Notes under the pieces: model-generated
The model's database searches: none
What the model was told of the DNA's origin: nothing
What the model saw: the letters and a program-made list of their open reading frames with translations, nothing else
Source: Candidatus Heimdallarchaeota archaeon
Lineage (GTDB): Archaea; Asgardarchaeota; Heimdallarchaeia; JABLTI01
DNA: 64,000 nt
NCBI GenBank assembly: GCA_019058275.1
Contig: JAHLVW010000062.1
Coordinates: forward strand, 160,001-224,000
Reading direction: 5' to 3'
Translations under genes and position numbers: made by a program
Shown: positions 54,020 to 64,000 of the stretch, piece by piece
How the letters are laid out: each line of letters begins with the position of its first letter
How positions within the stretch are numbered: position 1 is the stretch's first letter

Positions 54020-55768
54020 ATGGAAAGTGGTTGTAGTTTGTTAAAGAAAGTATCATTATACAAAATCCTTATTATTTTTGGCTTACTCTTGTGCATTTTA
54101 CCAATTGGTATGCAGATTCAAGTAGACTATAGATTAAGAGATAATGAAGCAGTAATTTTCATAGATGCATTAGGTAACAAAATATACAACACCTACTATC
54201 CAGGTGATAGGGATGTTGGGATAATGCTTTTCCATGGTATGGGAGAAGATCAAACATCACTTGATATGTTTGTTTCAAAATTTCAAAAAATAGGTTATCA
54301 TGTATTTGGAACTGATTTCTCAGGGCATGGGAGATCTTCGGGGATAATTCCATCAGGGGAGAATTCGGGTGAAATCTTAGCTCATCAGGTAAGCTGGGCT
54401 AAAGATGCATTTAAACAAAAATCTGGTTTGGAAGATTCTGAGATTTTTATGCTAGGTCACAGTATGGGTGCAAGAGGTGTTATGAAATCAATTTTATCTG
54501 ATCCTAACCCAGTAAATGGTTGCATTCTTCTTGGTGCATCAATTCATGTTGATGAAGATAATAATACTGAAAATTGGGCAAACAGTTTAGGTCCAACAAA
54601 TCCTTCAATTAATGTTTTAATTGTTACTGGAACTTGGGAAGATGTTTTCCCACCTAAAGAAGCGTTTGATCTTTACAAGAAATTAGCAAATCTTACTACT
54701 CCAGCTGAACCAAAATCAGATTTTACAATAACTTCTGAAGGTTATAATAAGGAAATTGTTATTCTAAAAGGTATAACGCATACTCATGAATCTATGAGTA
54801 TGAGAGTAGTAAATAGTATTGCTCATTGGACTGAGGATATGTCAATAAGAAATAATGATCATATGCAAGAAATTCTTATGCCAGATCATAGATTTCATTT
54901 TCAAGATACTCGAGCATTACTTTCAATATTAGAGGTAATTGGGATATTTCTTATGCTAATCTTTGGTACAAAACTTGTTTCAATTCAAATGGATAAGAAT
55001 AAGCTTGAACAACCCACAGCTAAAACAGAGTATAACATTATAAATCAAAAGGAACTTGAAGGAATCAGCATAACAAATACTCGGAATTTCTTTTTATATA
55101 AATTCCTGATCTGGTTGGGAGGATTGGGTATTGCTGCTCTAATTGGTTTAATATTCATAGCTCTTCCTCTCGAATCCCCTTACTTCACTTTACTTTTCGT
55201 TTGTCCAATAGCAGGTTATGGTATCATGCTAATGATATTATATCTAATAGGCAGAAATCCTGGAACAGAAGGAAAGTGGCGTCCTAGTTTTAGAACAGTA
55301 ACTAAAGATGTGAATCAATGGAATATTCTTTTCGGATTCTTAGTTAGTCTGGTAATTATAACTGTTTTTTCATATTTCATTAGCTCATTTATGTATCATG
55401 TTTTTCCATTAAACATTAGGTTGTTCTGGTTAGTTATCTACACATTGTTTGCCACATTTGGTTTTTATTTCCTCCAGTACGAACAAGAACAGCTAAGAAA
55501 AGAATTCCCCGGTCAAAAGAAGTTTACAATTTATAACAATTTATTATTTTTAGCTCCTTTTGTCATTGGAAGTCTTTACATTCTAATCACTGGATCAATT
55601 ATCTACTTCGTTGATGCAATGCATGATTTAATCATTTTAGCACTGGTTATCTTTGTAGGTAATTTGCTGCAAAAAATATGGAAAAAACCAATTTTTACTG
55701 CTTACATTCAAGCATTTCTATTAATGTTCCTTCTACTACCAAGAGGACAACTTACTTGGTTCTTTTAG
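54020..55768 (+). CDS. Alpha/beta hydrolase with multi-TM C-terminal domain
   Basis: FHGMG, DFSGHGRS, GHSMG nucleophile elbow. Confidence 0.85.
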   Translation: MESGCSLLKKVSLYKILIIFGLLLCILPIGMQIQVDYRLRDNEAVIFIDALGNKIYNTYYPGDRDVGIMLFHGMGEDQTSLDMFVSKFQKIGYHVFGTDFSGHGRSSGIIPSGENSGEILAHQVSWAKDAFKQKSGLEDSEIFMLGHSMGARGVMKSILSDPNPVNGCILLGASIHVDEDNNTENWANSLGPTNPSINVLIVTGTWEDVFPPKEAFDLYKKLANLTTPAEPKSDFTITSEGYNKEIVILKGITHTHESMSMRVVNSIAHWTEDMSIRNNDHMQEILMPDHRFHFQDTRALLSILEVIGIFLMLIFGTKLVSIQMDKNKLEQPTAKTEYNIINQKELEGISITNTRNFFLYKFLIWLGGLGIAALIGLIFIALPLESPYFTLLFVCPIAGYGIMLMILYLIGRNPGTEGKWRPSFRTVTKDVNQWNILFGFLVSLVIITVFSYFISSFMYHVFPLNIRLFWLVIYTLFATFGFYFLQYEQEQLRKEFPGQKKFTIYNNLLFLAPFVIGSLYILITGSIIYFVDAMHDLIILALVIFVGNLLQKIWKKPIFTAYIQAFLLMFLLLPRGQLTWFF

Positions 55769-55792
55769 AAAAAAAATGTGGTTAGCAATAAA

Positions 55793-56644
55793 TTACAATA
55801 TTGCTAATCCTTGTTTTTTAGCTTTTTTCTCAACAGCAACTAATAATAATCTAGCTATGATTAGATACAAAACAGTGCAAACACCTAATATAACAAATTC
55901 TTGCCAAATTGGGAGCAGTGTAATATATTTATCGCCAAAAATAAAATGACGCATCAAATCGAAATTATATGTGAATGGAAAGGCTAGTGTTATGTATTTC
56001 ATAGCAGTTCCAAATCTTTGATTAAGAACAATAAAACCTTGAACAGGTAAAAATGCTCCAAATAGAAATTGAATTAATTGATGTGTCATTGAAACAAATA
56101 GTCTAGCTTGTCTGTAGAGAATAGCTAACATACCAAAATATATTCCAACAGCAATATTGGAAATCATAGCAATAAGTGCTATAAGTAATGTAAAACCAAT
56201 TACTGCAAAATTTGTTAGTACTCCCGCTAACCATAAAGTTAGTACATAGAGTGGTATAAAGAATACTAAGCTAATAAGAGCTCTAGCAATAGAGGTAGAT
56301 AACAAGTATCCTAACCTTGTAGAAGGTGTAACAAACACTGCCTCTAATGTTCCATAATGAATATCTTCTTCTATTCTATTGAGTGGAGCCCAAGTTGCTA
56401 TGCTCGAAAACATTTGTATAATAGCTCCTGTCATCATGAAGATGAAAAGATCATTTTCAGAAAGACCAATTAATGCCAATACTTCTGGACTGAAGTAGTA
56501 TGCTCCTCCAATTATGGCAAAACCGAGGGTTAATGAAATAATTTCCAAAAACATGCCCATGAAAAATGCTCTATATCTAACATAGGTTTTTAGATCTCGC
56601 CAAACACCTTAGAAGATTACTCTTGAATTATGTTGTATACTCAT
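55793..56644 (-). pseudogene. ABC-2 permease with an early in-frame stop
   Basis: ATG at 56644; TAA at 56609-56611 where the paralog has Lys (KGIWRD); YGTLEAVFVTP. Confidence 0.75.
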
Positions 56645-56656
56645 TTCATTATCCTC

Positions 56657-57529
56657 TTAAAGAATTGCTAATCCTGTATCTTTCGCTTTCTTTTCAACTC
56701 GTTTAAGTAGAAAATATGCAAATACTACAAAAAGCAATGATGATACTACTAGCAGAACAAATTCTAACCATACTGGGAAAAGAGTAGTATATTCTGAACC
56801 AAACATAAAGTATCTGAATAAATCATAACAGTATGTATAAGGAAACATTTGAACAATGTACTTTAGTATTGTTCCTCCGATTTTATTCATTCCAATGAAT
56901 GCTTGAACTGGAACAAATGCTCCACAAATGAATTGGAATATGTTGGCCAAGAATATCGCAATTGGTTGTATTCTTCTTATTAAAATTGCTAGCATAGCAA
57001 AAAAGAGTCCAAATGCAATCATACTTATTATAGTTAGAAGAACTGTTAACAATGTAGTACCAATTACATAACCATTTGTTAATGCTCCATGAACTCCTAG
57101 AATTATTACATAAGCTGGAACAAAGAAAAGTAAATTTAAAATTGAATCCGAGAGTATTGGTGAGAGTAAATAAGCTATTCTACTAGTTGGTGAGACAAAA
57201 ACAGCTTCTAATGTCCCATAATGTATATCTTGTTGTACTCTTCCTAAAGGTGCCCATAAAGCTGTGTCACTAAATGTACTTAGAGCAATACCTCCTGCAA
57301 AAAACACAAAAACTTGAGTGCTTAAAATTCCAGTTTCAGATGTTGTTATTGGATTGAAGGTGAGTATTACTCCAAAAATATATGCTGCTCCTAATCCTAC
57401 CATCATATTCATTAGCCAACCTATGAGCCTTAGCTTGTATCTTCGAATGTTTACTAAATCTCGCCATATTCCTTTTCCAACCACTCTTAGAGAACCGTTG
57501 AAAACATGTTTAACATATTGAACTGACAA
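56657..57529 (-). CDS. ABC-2 type permease
   Basis: DIHYGTLEAVFVSP, six TM helices. Confidence 0.88.
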   Translation of the reverse strand: MSVQYVKHVFNGSLRVVGKGIWRDLVNIRRYKLRLIGWLMNMMVGLGAAYIFGVILTFNPITTSETGILSTQVFVFFAGGIALSTFSDTALWAPLGRVQQDIHYGTLEAVFVSPTSRIAYLLSPILSDSILNLLFFVPAYVIILGVHGALTNGYVIGTTLLTVLLTIISMIAFGLFFAMLAILIRRIQPIAIFLANIFQFICGAFVPVQAFIGMNKIGGTILKYIVQMFPYTYCYDLFRYFMFGSEYTTLFPVWLEFVLLVVSSLLFVVFAYFLLKRVEKKAKDTGLAIL

Positions 57530-57531
57530 AA

Positions 57532-58509
57532 CTAAGCCTCCAAATCAACCTTTTTATCACAGTATTTTAGAAAAACGTCTTCTAAAGTAGCTGTTCTATA
57601 GGAAATAACCGGATTAATGTTATACTTCCTACAAATTTCCATAACAGATTCAAAAGCTTGAGAACTATCACTTACTGGCATTCGTAAGTAACCGTTTTCT
57701 TGTTTCACTTCCTTTACTGTATCAAGTGTAGCTATTTCTTGTAAAAATTCTGGAGTAGCTGTTTCAGTGGATCTTAAACGTAATTCCAATAGTTGGATAT
57801 TAATATCATCCATTAGATTTTGTGGAGTATCTACAGCAACAACTTTTCCTTCATAAATGATGGCTACACGATCACACAATTCCTCTATTTCAGACATGAT
57901 CTGAGAAGTTATTATAATTGTTTTTCCTTTTTTCTTTGCATAATCTTTCACAAAACTTCGAATCTTCTTGGCTGCAATTGGGTCTAAACCTTTACTGATT
58001 TCATCAGCAAAAACCAAATCAGGATTGTGTAAAAATCCCCTCATGACAACAATTGCTTGCTTTTGACCTCCAGAAAGTCTCATAACTTCTTTGTCGAAAA
58101 TCTCATGATTATCGTAAGTTTTTTTGAATTCCTCAAGTTGTTCAGCAAAATCATCTTTGCTCATATTATAAAGAGCAGCAAAGAATTCTAAGTTTTCTTT
58201 ACCCGTTAATCGTGCATATGTTGATCTTTCAGAATCTTGACCTATGTATCCAATTCTTTTACGAATTTCTTTTTCTTCTTTTACGACATCTAATCCGAGA
58301 ACTTTGACTTCTCCATCAGTTTTTCCTAAGAGAGTTGAACATATTTTAATGAAAGTGGTTTTTCCAGCACCGTTTGGTCCTAGAATGCCGAAAATCTCTC
58401 CTTCCTTTACCTGTAAATCTAATCCCTTTAATGCTTCTGTTTCTTTCTTTCTGCTTTTATATGTCTTCTTTACACCTTTCGCTTCTAAAGCATACACTTC
58501 TATCACCAT
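57532..58509 (-). CDS. ABC exporter ATP-binding protein
   Basis: GPNGAGKTT, LSGGQKQ, VFADE, TLEDVF. Confidence 0.92.
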   Translation of the reverse strand: MVIEVYALEAKGVKKTYKSRKKETEALKGLDLQVKEGEIFGILGPNGAGKTTFIKICSTLLGKTDGEVKVLGLDVVKEEKEIRKRIGYIGQDSERSTYARLTGKENLEFFAALYNMSKDDFAEQLEEFKKTYDNHEIFDKEVMRLSGGQKQAIVVMRGFLHNPDLVFADEISKGLDPIAAKKIRSFVKDYAKKKGKTIIITSQIMSEIEELCDRVAIIYEGKVVAVDTPQNLMDDINIQLLELRLRSTETATPEFLQEIATLDTVKEVKQENGYLRMPVSDSSQAFESVMEICRKYNINPVISYRTATLEDVFLKYCDKKVDLEA

Positions 58510-58658
58510 TATTTGCTAACATAAAGTTGATATCTATGTATAAAAGAGGGATTCACAATTCGAAGACTCAAATTGAGACCACAATTAGTGAGGTCACGAC
58601 TTGAGACTTTTAGTTATATTAATATAGGGGATTTTTTTCGAATCTTGAGAAAAATTGA

Positions 58659-59597
58659 TTAAAATTTCTTTTGCCAATAATAAACTTCTATTTTTTCTGT
58701 AAATCCAAGTGAATCATAGAGACGATTGGCTCCTTCTGTTGTGGCAGCTCCGGGTATACAAATTACTGAGGGATTATATTCTTTTAATCGAATCAAAGCT
58801 TCATTTATTACTGCTTTTGCTAATCCAAGTCTTCTATACTTTGGATGTGTTCCTACAGGTTCTAGTTCAACAATTTTGCTTTTTGGATCTAACCTAACTG
58901 TACAAAAGGCTGCAAAATCACCATTAGGTGCAACTGCTATAATGTCTAATTTTTCATTATAGAAAGAAGCTGAAGTAAATATTTCAAATATTCTCTCAGT
59001 CATTTTGTTACAATGTGGAAAAACTGTGCTAATAACTTCTCGGTATTTAACAAAATCCTTTGTTATATTTACATTTCTAATATGAAACCCATTAGGAATA
59101 TCGTAATTAGATACAGGTAATTCTAGTGGTCTATTTCGATTGTATTCATCAAATCCAAGATTTTTATAATCAAGTTTTGACAGTAAATTAATCCGTTTTG
59201 TATCTGTTCCTAAAACATAGAAATTTAATTCTGGTTCTTCTGATGCTCTTCTGGTTTTTTTCCTTTGCTCCTCTATCCAATGAATGATTTCTTCTTCATA
59301 AAATCTATATTTGGGATGTATTTGTAACCAGCAAACCTTCTGCTTTTCAATAGCTAAAACAGCAATAATCTTAGGTTGAGATGCTATTTTGTCAATTTCT
59401 TCCCAAATTGTAACTTCTTTATCCTCTTCATCTTGATATTCAGTACCACATGAACATGCTTTCCGATTTTCAAATCTTGAAGGAACCCAAGTAAAATGTG
59501 AATCTTTTAGAGGATATGTTTTTCCAAGAAAATCGCGAACTAATTCAAAATCCTTATCCCAATTAAAAGAACGATTTTGTAAGGTCATATGAAACAC
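58659..59597 (-). CDS. GNAT acetyltransferase
   Basis: EPVGTHPKYRRLGLAKA, A.RLYDSLGF. Confidence 0.88.
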   Translation of the reverse strand: MFHMTLQNRSFNWDKDFELVRDFLGKTYPLKDSHFTWVPSRFENRKACSCGTEYQDEEDKEVTIWEEIDKIASQPKIIAVLAIEKQKVCWLQIHPKYRFYEEEIIHWIEEQRKKTRRASEEPELNFYVLGTDTKRINLLSKLDYKNLGFDEYNRNRPLELPVSNYDIPNGFHIRNVNITKDFVKYREVISTVFPHCNKMTERIFEIFTSASFYNEKLDIIAVAPNGDFAAFCTVRLDPKSKIVELEPVGTHPKYRRLGLAKAVINEALIRLKEYNPSVICIPGAATTEGANRLYDSLGFTEKIEVYYWQKKF

Positions 59598-59685
59598 TAC
59601 TTCTAACTCAGATGTGAAATTTAAAAAAATACTGCTAAATCTTTAGAAGTTTTTGAATAAACAAAAAAAAGAAAATTGAAGAGAT

Positions 59686-61419
59686 TTATTTCAGATACTC
59701 AAACAATTTTGTGAATTTCTGAATATATTTTATCCCTTTAATCTTGAGCTTTCCTGATAAAATTGCTTTTAGAGGTTTAGTTTTTCCTAATGCTAATCCG
59801 AAGAAACTAGGTTTGGTTGTAATTAAAACACCATCGCTTTCATTCTTTTCCTTCTGGATATTATCTTTAGTGTTAGCAATTGGGTGAAAAGTCACTTTTC
59901 CTTTGTTGATAACAACTTTGATTGCATTTACATCATCTTTAGCAACTAAAAGAACAGAATAATTTTCATTAGAATATTTTTCTTCAAATGTTTTATTACT
60001 GTTTAGAGATTTCATCATAGCATAAATAATTCCCGCAAAACCTTGGTATGGTTTGACATCTTCATAGATTGGAAGAACCATTTCCAATGATTTTTTGAAT
60101 CGAACAAGTATTTCGTCAACAACTGCTTCATCCATAATTGTTGATAATATGAAGCCAGTTACTCCTCGAGAAATTACATATAATTCTTGAATTGCTAAAG
60201 CAATCTGAAGATATTCTGAAAATTCCAAGTAGGGTATAGTATTGAAGACTATGTGTTGCTTATTCATTGGAACTTCATCTGGGAATTGAATGTAAGTAAT
60301 AGATTGAATGCCATCCACATGACAAATTATGTCTAATTCCTTCATTATCTTCTTCAAACCATCCCGTAGCTTATTACCCAAAACATCTAATTTTTTGATT
60401 GCTGCTTCATCATATAGCTCCAAAGCAGCTATTCCAGCAGTCATAGTCATAGCATTACCACTGAAAGTACCAGAATGCATAATGTAGTCTTTCTTCATTG
60501 GATTAAATTGCTGCATAATTTCTCGTTTGCCACCAAAAGCACCAACAGGAAGTCCACCGCCAATAGTTTTTCCTAATGCAGTTAGGTCTGAATCAATTCC
60601 AATTAGCTTCTGTATTCCACCAGTTGATAAACGAAAAGTGATAACCTCATCTAAAATCAAAAGAATATTATATTTCTTTGTTAATTCACGTATACCCTTC
60701 AGATATTCAACAGTAAAAGTAGTACCACCACCATAGCCCATGACTGGTTCAACAATCATAGCAGCGATTTTCTTATGATGTTTTTTCATAACCTTTTCAG
60801 CTGCAGCTAAATCATTAAAAGGAACAACATAAACGTCTTTTAGGATAGCATCCGAAACTCCTTTTTCAACAAAAGCTTTAGGCATTTTTTCTGCTGTTAG
60901 ATCAGGATCCATATTTACCATTGCATAATCATGGGACCCATGATAACCACCTTCAGCTTTAATGATTCCTTTCTTTCCAGTATAAACTCTAGCAGCTCGA
61001 ATAGAAAACATAGTTGCTTCAGTTCCAGAATTACAAAAACGGATTTCTTCAATAGATGGAATACGTTCACAGAGAATTTTAGCAAGCTGATATTGATTTA
61101 CCATTGGTGCAGCATGAGCTGTTCCTTGACTTGCTTGTCTTTGTAATGCTTCAACAATTTTCGGATGAGCATGCCCATGCAGTAAAACTGTCATGTTGTT
61201 TTGTACATCAAGATATTTATTGCCATCAACATCCCAAAGATAATAGCCTTCACCTTTTGTTACAAAGAATGGATACGGTGGGAAATATGCGATATTTCTA
61301 GTTCCACCACCTGGTAACCATTTTTGAGCTTTTTCAAAATGTTCTTTTGATTTTGGTGTTCTAGCTTCATATTGACTAATAATGTCTTGTTTCACTTTTT
61401 CTAAGTTCTTAGATGCCAT
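59686..61419 (-). CDS. Class III aminotransferase (GSA-like) with C-terminal SCP2 domain
   Basis: WDVDGNKYLD, FCNSGTEA, GGYHG, LILDEVITFR, ALGKTIGGG; C-terminal KAILSGKLKIKG. Confidence 0.88.
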   Translation of the reverse strand: MASKNLEKVKQDIISQYEARTPKSKEHFEKAQKWLPGGGTRNIAYFPPYPFFVTKGEGYYLWDVDGNKYLDVQNNMTVLLHGHAHPKIVEALQRQASQGTAHAAPMVNQYQLAKILCERIPSIEEIRFCNSGTEATMFSIRAARVYTGKKGIIKAEGGYHGSHDYAMVNMDPDLTAEKMPKAFVEKGVSDAILKDVYVVPFNDLAAAEKVMKKHHKKIAAMIVEPVMGYGGGTTFTVEYLKGIRELTKKYNILLILDEVITFRLSTGGIQKLIGIDSDLTALGKTIGGGLPVGAFGGKREIMQQFNPMKKDYIMHSGTFSGNAMTMTAGIAALELYDEAAIKKLDVLGNKLRDGLKKIMKELDIICHVDGIQSITYIQFPDEVPMNKQHIVFNTIPYLEFSEYLQIALAIQELYVISRGVTGFILSTIMDEAVVDEILVRFKKSLEMVLPIYEDVKPYQGFAGIIYAMMKSLNSNKTFEEKYSNENYSVLLVAKDDVNAIKVVINKGKVTFHPIANTKDNIQKEKNESDGVLITTKPSFFGLALGKTKPLKAILSGKLKIKGIKYIQKFTKLFEYLK

Positions 61420-61636
61420 ATATATTCAACTCAAATGTGATATTCAATCAAACATTTTACTAAATACTTTGTATATTAAAAACTTTCATATGAAAAAAAT
61501 CTACTAAAATTAGATATTTTGAATTGTTTGTAAATTTTAAACAAAAAAGTTTATTTTTTTTCGGAATTTAGGTTGTTGAATTTAATGAAATTTTACTATT
61601 AAAAAAAAAGAATAAATTAACACAAAGAGTGTTAAT

Positions 61637-62584
61637 TTAAGATGCTGAAATACTACCTGTAGTTGTATCAAGATCGAAAAGATATTTTATTGTTTTACTT
61701 GAATAACTGTTTGATTCGTAAAAGTTTTCTCCACCTGGAAGAGTTATACTACCTGTTGTTGTTTGAGCAGTTATTCTTATTCCAAAATCGTTCTCATCTA
61801 AAGTATATAGAACATCAATTGATCCTGTAGTTGTTGATGCGTCATATGTTGTTGTATAATTATCTGCAGGGATAGCTACTTGGTCTACCGTTAGATCAAT
61901 TGACCCAGTTGTAGTTGTTATGGTCCAGTAAATATCATCAGCGAATTTAACATCTTGTGATATTACATCAATGCTTCCAGTAGTAGTTACTAAGCTTATA
62001 GTTGAGGTATTAAGAAATGTGTTATCACCAAAATCAGCAGATATTGATCCAGTTGTTATAGCAACACTAAGCATTCGAATTTCGCTTTCTGTTATAGAAT
62101 CAAAATCTAAATCAATACTACCTGTTGTAGTTATTATATCGTATTCAGCAATAGCATCCGGATTAATCTTAACAAACAACTTTTGATAAAAAGCATCTTT
62201 ATCAGTCCATTTCCAGGTAAGATCACCTGAATCAAAAGAGATAATCACTTTTCCTTCAGTAATTGATGAAGTGAAATTTATAGCATCAGCTAATATGGCT
62301 TCTGATCTCCCCCACATTTCCATTCTCACTTCTACTAATGATGTTAATGTATCATCATTTTCAATGGAAATACTTCCAACAGTGTTTTCAATATTTACTG
62401 TGAGATTAAGATTGTCTGTTGTTGTATAAGTATAATTAGTCTCTCCAATTAAAGTGAAAGGCCCACCACGAAAAACAACTACTGCGACCACACCAGCAAT
62501 TACCGCTACAGCTATCACAATAATTATTATTAATCCAACAATTCCATTTCTGTCATTTTTTAGTTTTTTGAATTGTTTCTTCAA
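61637..62584 (-). CDS. Membrane-anchored DUF4097-like beta-repeat (adhesin-like) protein
   Basis: N-terminal TM; about seven TTTGSI repeats. Confidence 0.75.
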   Translation of the reverse strand: MKKQFKKLKNDRNGIVGLIIIIVIAVAVIAGVVAVVVFRGGPFTLIGETNYTYTTTDNLNLTVNIENTVGSISIENDDTLTSLVEVRMEMWGRSEAILADAINFTSSITEGKVIISFDSGDLTWKWTDKDAFYQKLFVKINPDAIAEYDIITTTGSIDLDFDSITESEIRMLSVAITTGSISADFGDNTFLNTSTISLVTTTGSIDVISQDVKFADDIYWTITTTTGSIDLTVDQVAIPADNYTTTYDASTTTGSIDVLYTLDENDFGIRITAQTTTGSITLPGGENFYESNSYSSKTIKYLFDLDTTTGSISAS

Positions 62585-62740
62585 ATTTACACACTCAATA
62601 TAAAATTAATACTAAAAGACACTAGGAAAAAGGGATAATAAATAGCATCATTTAATTTCTAATAAAAAAAAACAATTTGATAGTATAAAACTACTAAGTA
62701 GAATTCTTTTTTAATAGGAAAAAACTAACAAAAATCCATT

Positions 62741-64000
62741 ATGAAAGATTTAGCCCGAAAAATATTGGACAAAGTAGAACTTGGTCCGGGCGGGTTTGCT
62801 GATATTCGCTTTCAAAATTCTGAAACGTTGTATATGCATATTCAAAACGGCATTACTCATGAAATGAATTCAACCAGAATGGGTGGAGCAGCTGCTCGGG
62901 CTTTAGTTGGTGGAGCATGGGGTTTTAGTACTACCGCAGATATTACAAAAGAATCTCTCAAGAAGATTCTTAAATCAGCTGTAGGAATGGCAAAAGTTGC
63001 TTCTGCAAAAATAAAAGAACCTCGGAAAGTTGACTCTAGTTTCGCATCTCAAGGAACAGCGAAATTAAAGATGGATGTAGATCCAAAAGATGTCTCAATT
63101 AAGGAGAAATTAAAGATTACTCAAGATTATGAGAAGAGTATTCGCGAAGTAGATGAACGTATTGTGAATTCTACTAGCCGTTATGGAGAGACTATAAGTT
63201 CTGAAACAATAATTAATTCAAATGGAACAGATGTAACAACTGAGAGTGGTGTATTCCGATTAATCTCTGGTGCAGTAGCACGAGAAGGAAATTTACAACA
63301 AAGAGTGTCAGATGATGTAGCATCATCAAAAGGGATCAAGTCGATTTTAGATTACAATGCAATTGAACAGGGAACGAAAGTAGGAGAAAAAGCTATTGAG
63401 CTTCTTTCTGCAGATAAACCTCCAAGTGGAAAAATGAATTTAGTCATGGATGCAAGTTTAGTTGGAGTGTTCATACATGAAGCCTTTGGTCATGCTTGCG
63501 AAGCTGATGGAATTATTACTAAAAGATCAATTTTACATGATAAATTGAATAAAAAAGTAGGTGTAGAAGAGATAAGTGTAACTGACGACCCTACAAAAGA
63601 TGGTTTAAGAGGTTCATTTATGTATGATTCCGAAGGAACCAAAGCAAGACCAAGAAAGTTAGTTACAGATGGTGTTTTAACAGAATTCTTCCATACATTG
63701 GAAACAGCTACTATGTTAGGTCATGAACCAAATGGTTCTGGTAGAGCAATGGATTTTAGATCCCCACCTTTAGCTAGGATGGGTAATACCTATGTTGAAG
63801 CTGGTGATAAATCCATGGATGAATTGTTCGAAATAATCGGTGAAGGAGTCTTCCTTGAGAAATCATACGGAGGATATGTCAATCCAGCAAAAGGACAGTT
63901 TATGTTTTCAGCTCAAAATGGCTATGTCATTAAAAACGGTAAAAAAGACTCTATAACACAGAATGTCTCCATGTCTGGTATGATTATGGAAGTCTTGACA
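62741..64000 (+). CDS. tldD: TldD/PmbA family metalloprotease, 3'-partial
   Basis: My translation: MKDLARKIL..., GAWGFS, GVFIHEAFGHACEAD (HExxGH), DSEG, RMGNTY; runs off the window. Confidence 0.9.
   Translation, partial: MKDLARKILDKVELGPGGFADIRFQNSETLYMHIQNGITHEMNSTRMGGAAARALVGGAWGFSTTADITKESLKKILKSAVGMAKVASAKIKEPRKVDSSFASQGTAKLKMDVDPKDVSIKEKLKITQDYEKSIREVDERIVNSTSRYGETISSETIINSNGTDVTTESGVFRLISGAVAREGNLQQRVSDDVASSKGIKSILDYNAIEQGTKVGEKAIELLSADKPPSGKMNLVMDASLVGVFIHEAFGHACEADGIITKRSILHDKLNKKVGVEEISVTDDPTKDGLRGSFMYDSEGTKARPRKLVTDGVLTEFFHTLETATMLGHEPNGSGRAMDFRSPPLARMGNTYVEAGDKSMDELFEIIGEGVFLEKSYGGYVNPAKGQFMFSAQNGYVIKNGKKDSITQNVSMSGMIMEVLT

Noticed and set aside
16274-56644. Stop-codon reassignment (alternative genetic code) as the cause of in-frame stops
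   Set aside because: TAA, TAG and TGA all occur internally, replace different residues, coexist with frameshifts, and all three also end intact genes
763-62186. Numerous 60-110 aa ORFs overlapping larger genes in the ORF track
   Set aside because: Antisense or alternate-frame shadows without RBS or motifs, except those used above as pseudogene fragments
61637-62400. Repeated gttgtagt/ccagt units
   Set aside because: They encode TTTGSI protein repeats, not a DNA repeat element

Overview
AT-rich archaeal DNA (TATA/BRE promoters, GGTGA/GAGG ribosome-binding sites, oligo-T terminators, AOR, TrmB, many surface proteins with a C-terminal TM anchor and K/R tail). It is probably from an Asgard archaeon of the Heimdallarchaeia type, which is my inference and not a database result. 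The window is an accessory region with many decayed genes (nonsense codons of all three types, frameshifts, deletion-fusions). I saw no rRNA, tRNA or CRISPR. The main signal is absent from the ORF track, at about 11.6-19.1 kb. Two paralogous winged-helix regulators each sit divergently from tiny (23-33 aa) Lys-rich peptide genes of one family, three of which end in R-[MI]-x-F-A-L-x-x-[GD]-[RK]-stop. Their promoters share a TTCTCA-N6-TGAGAA palindrome (N5 in one copy) abutting the TATA box, preceded by TTCTCA-like boxes phased every 21-23 bp. The same palindrome+TATA architecture sits in front of an oligopeptide-binding (family 5) ABC protein between the two regulator loci. This looks like a small-peptide/regulator signalling regulon. 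Other points of interest: a lipid-flavoured AOR-SCP2/ADH/acyltransferase/PLAT cluster, a 2.6-kb insert bounded by a 30-bp direct repeat inside a serine hydrolase gene, a tyrosine recombinase with a Cys-rich insert, and a rearranged asparaginase fused to a class I glutamine amidotransferase.
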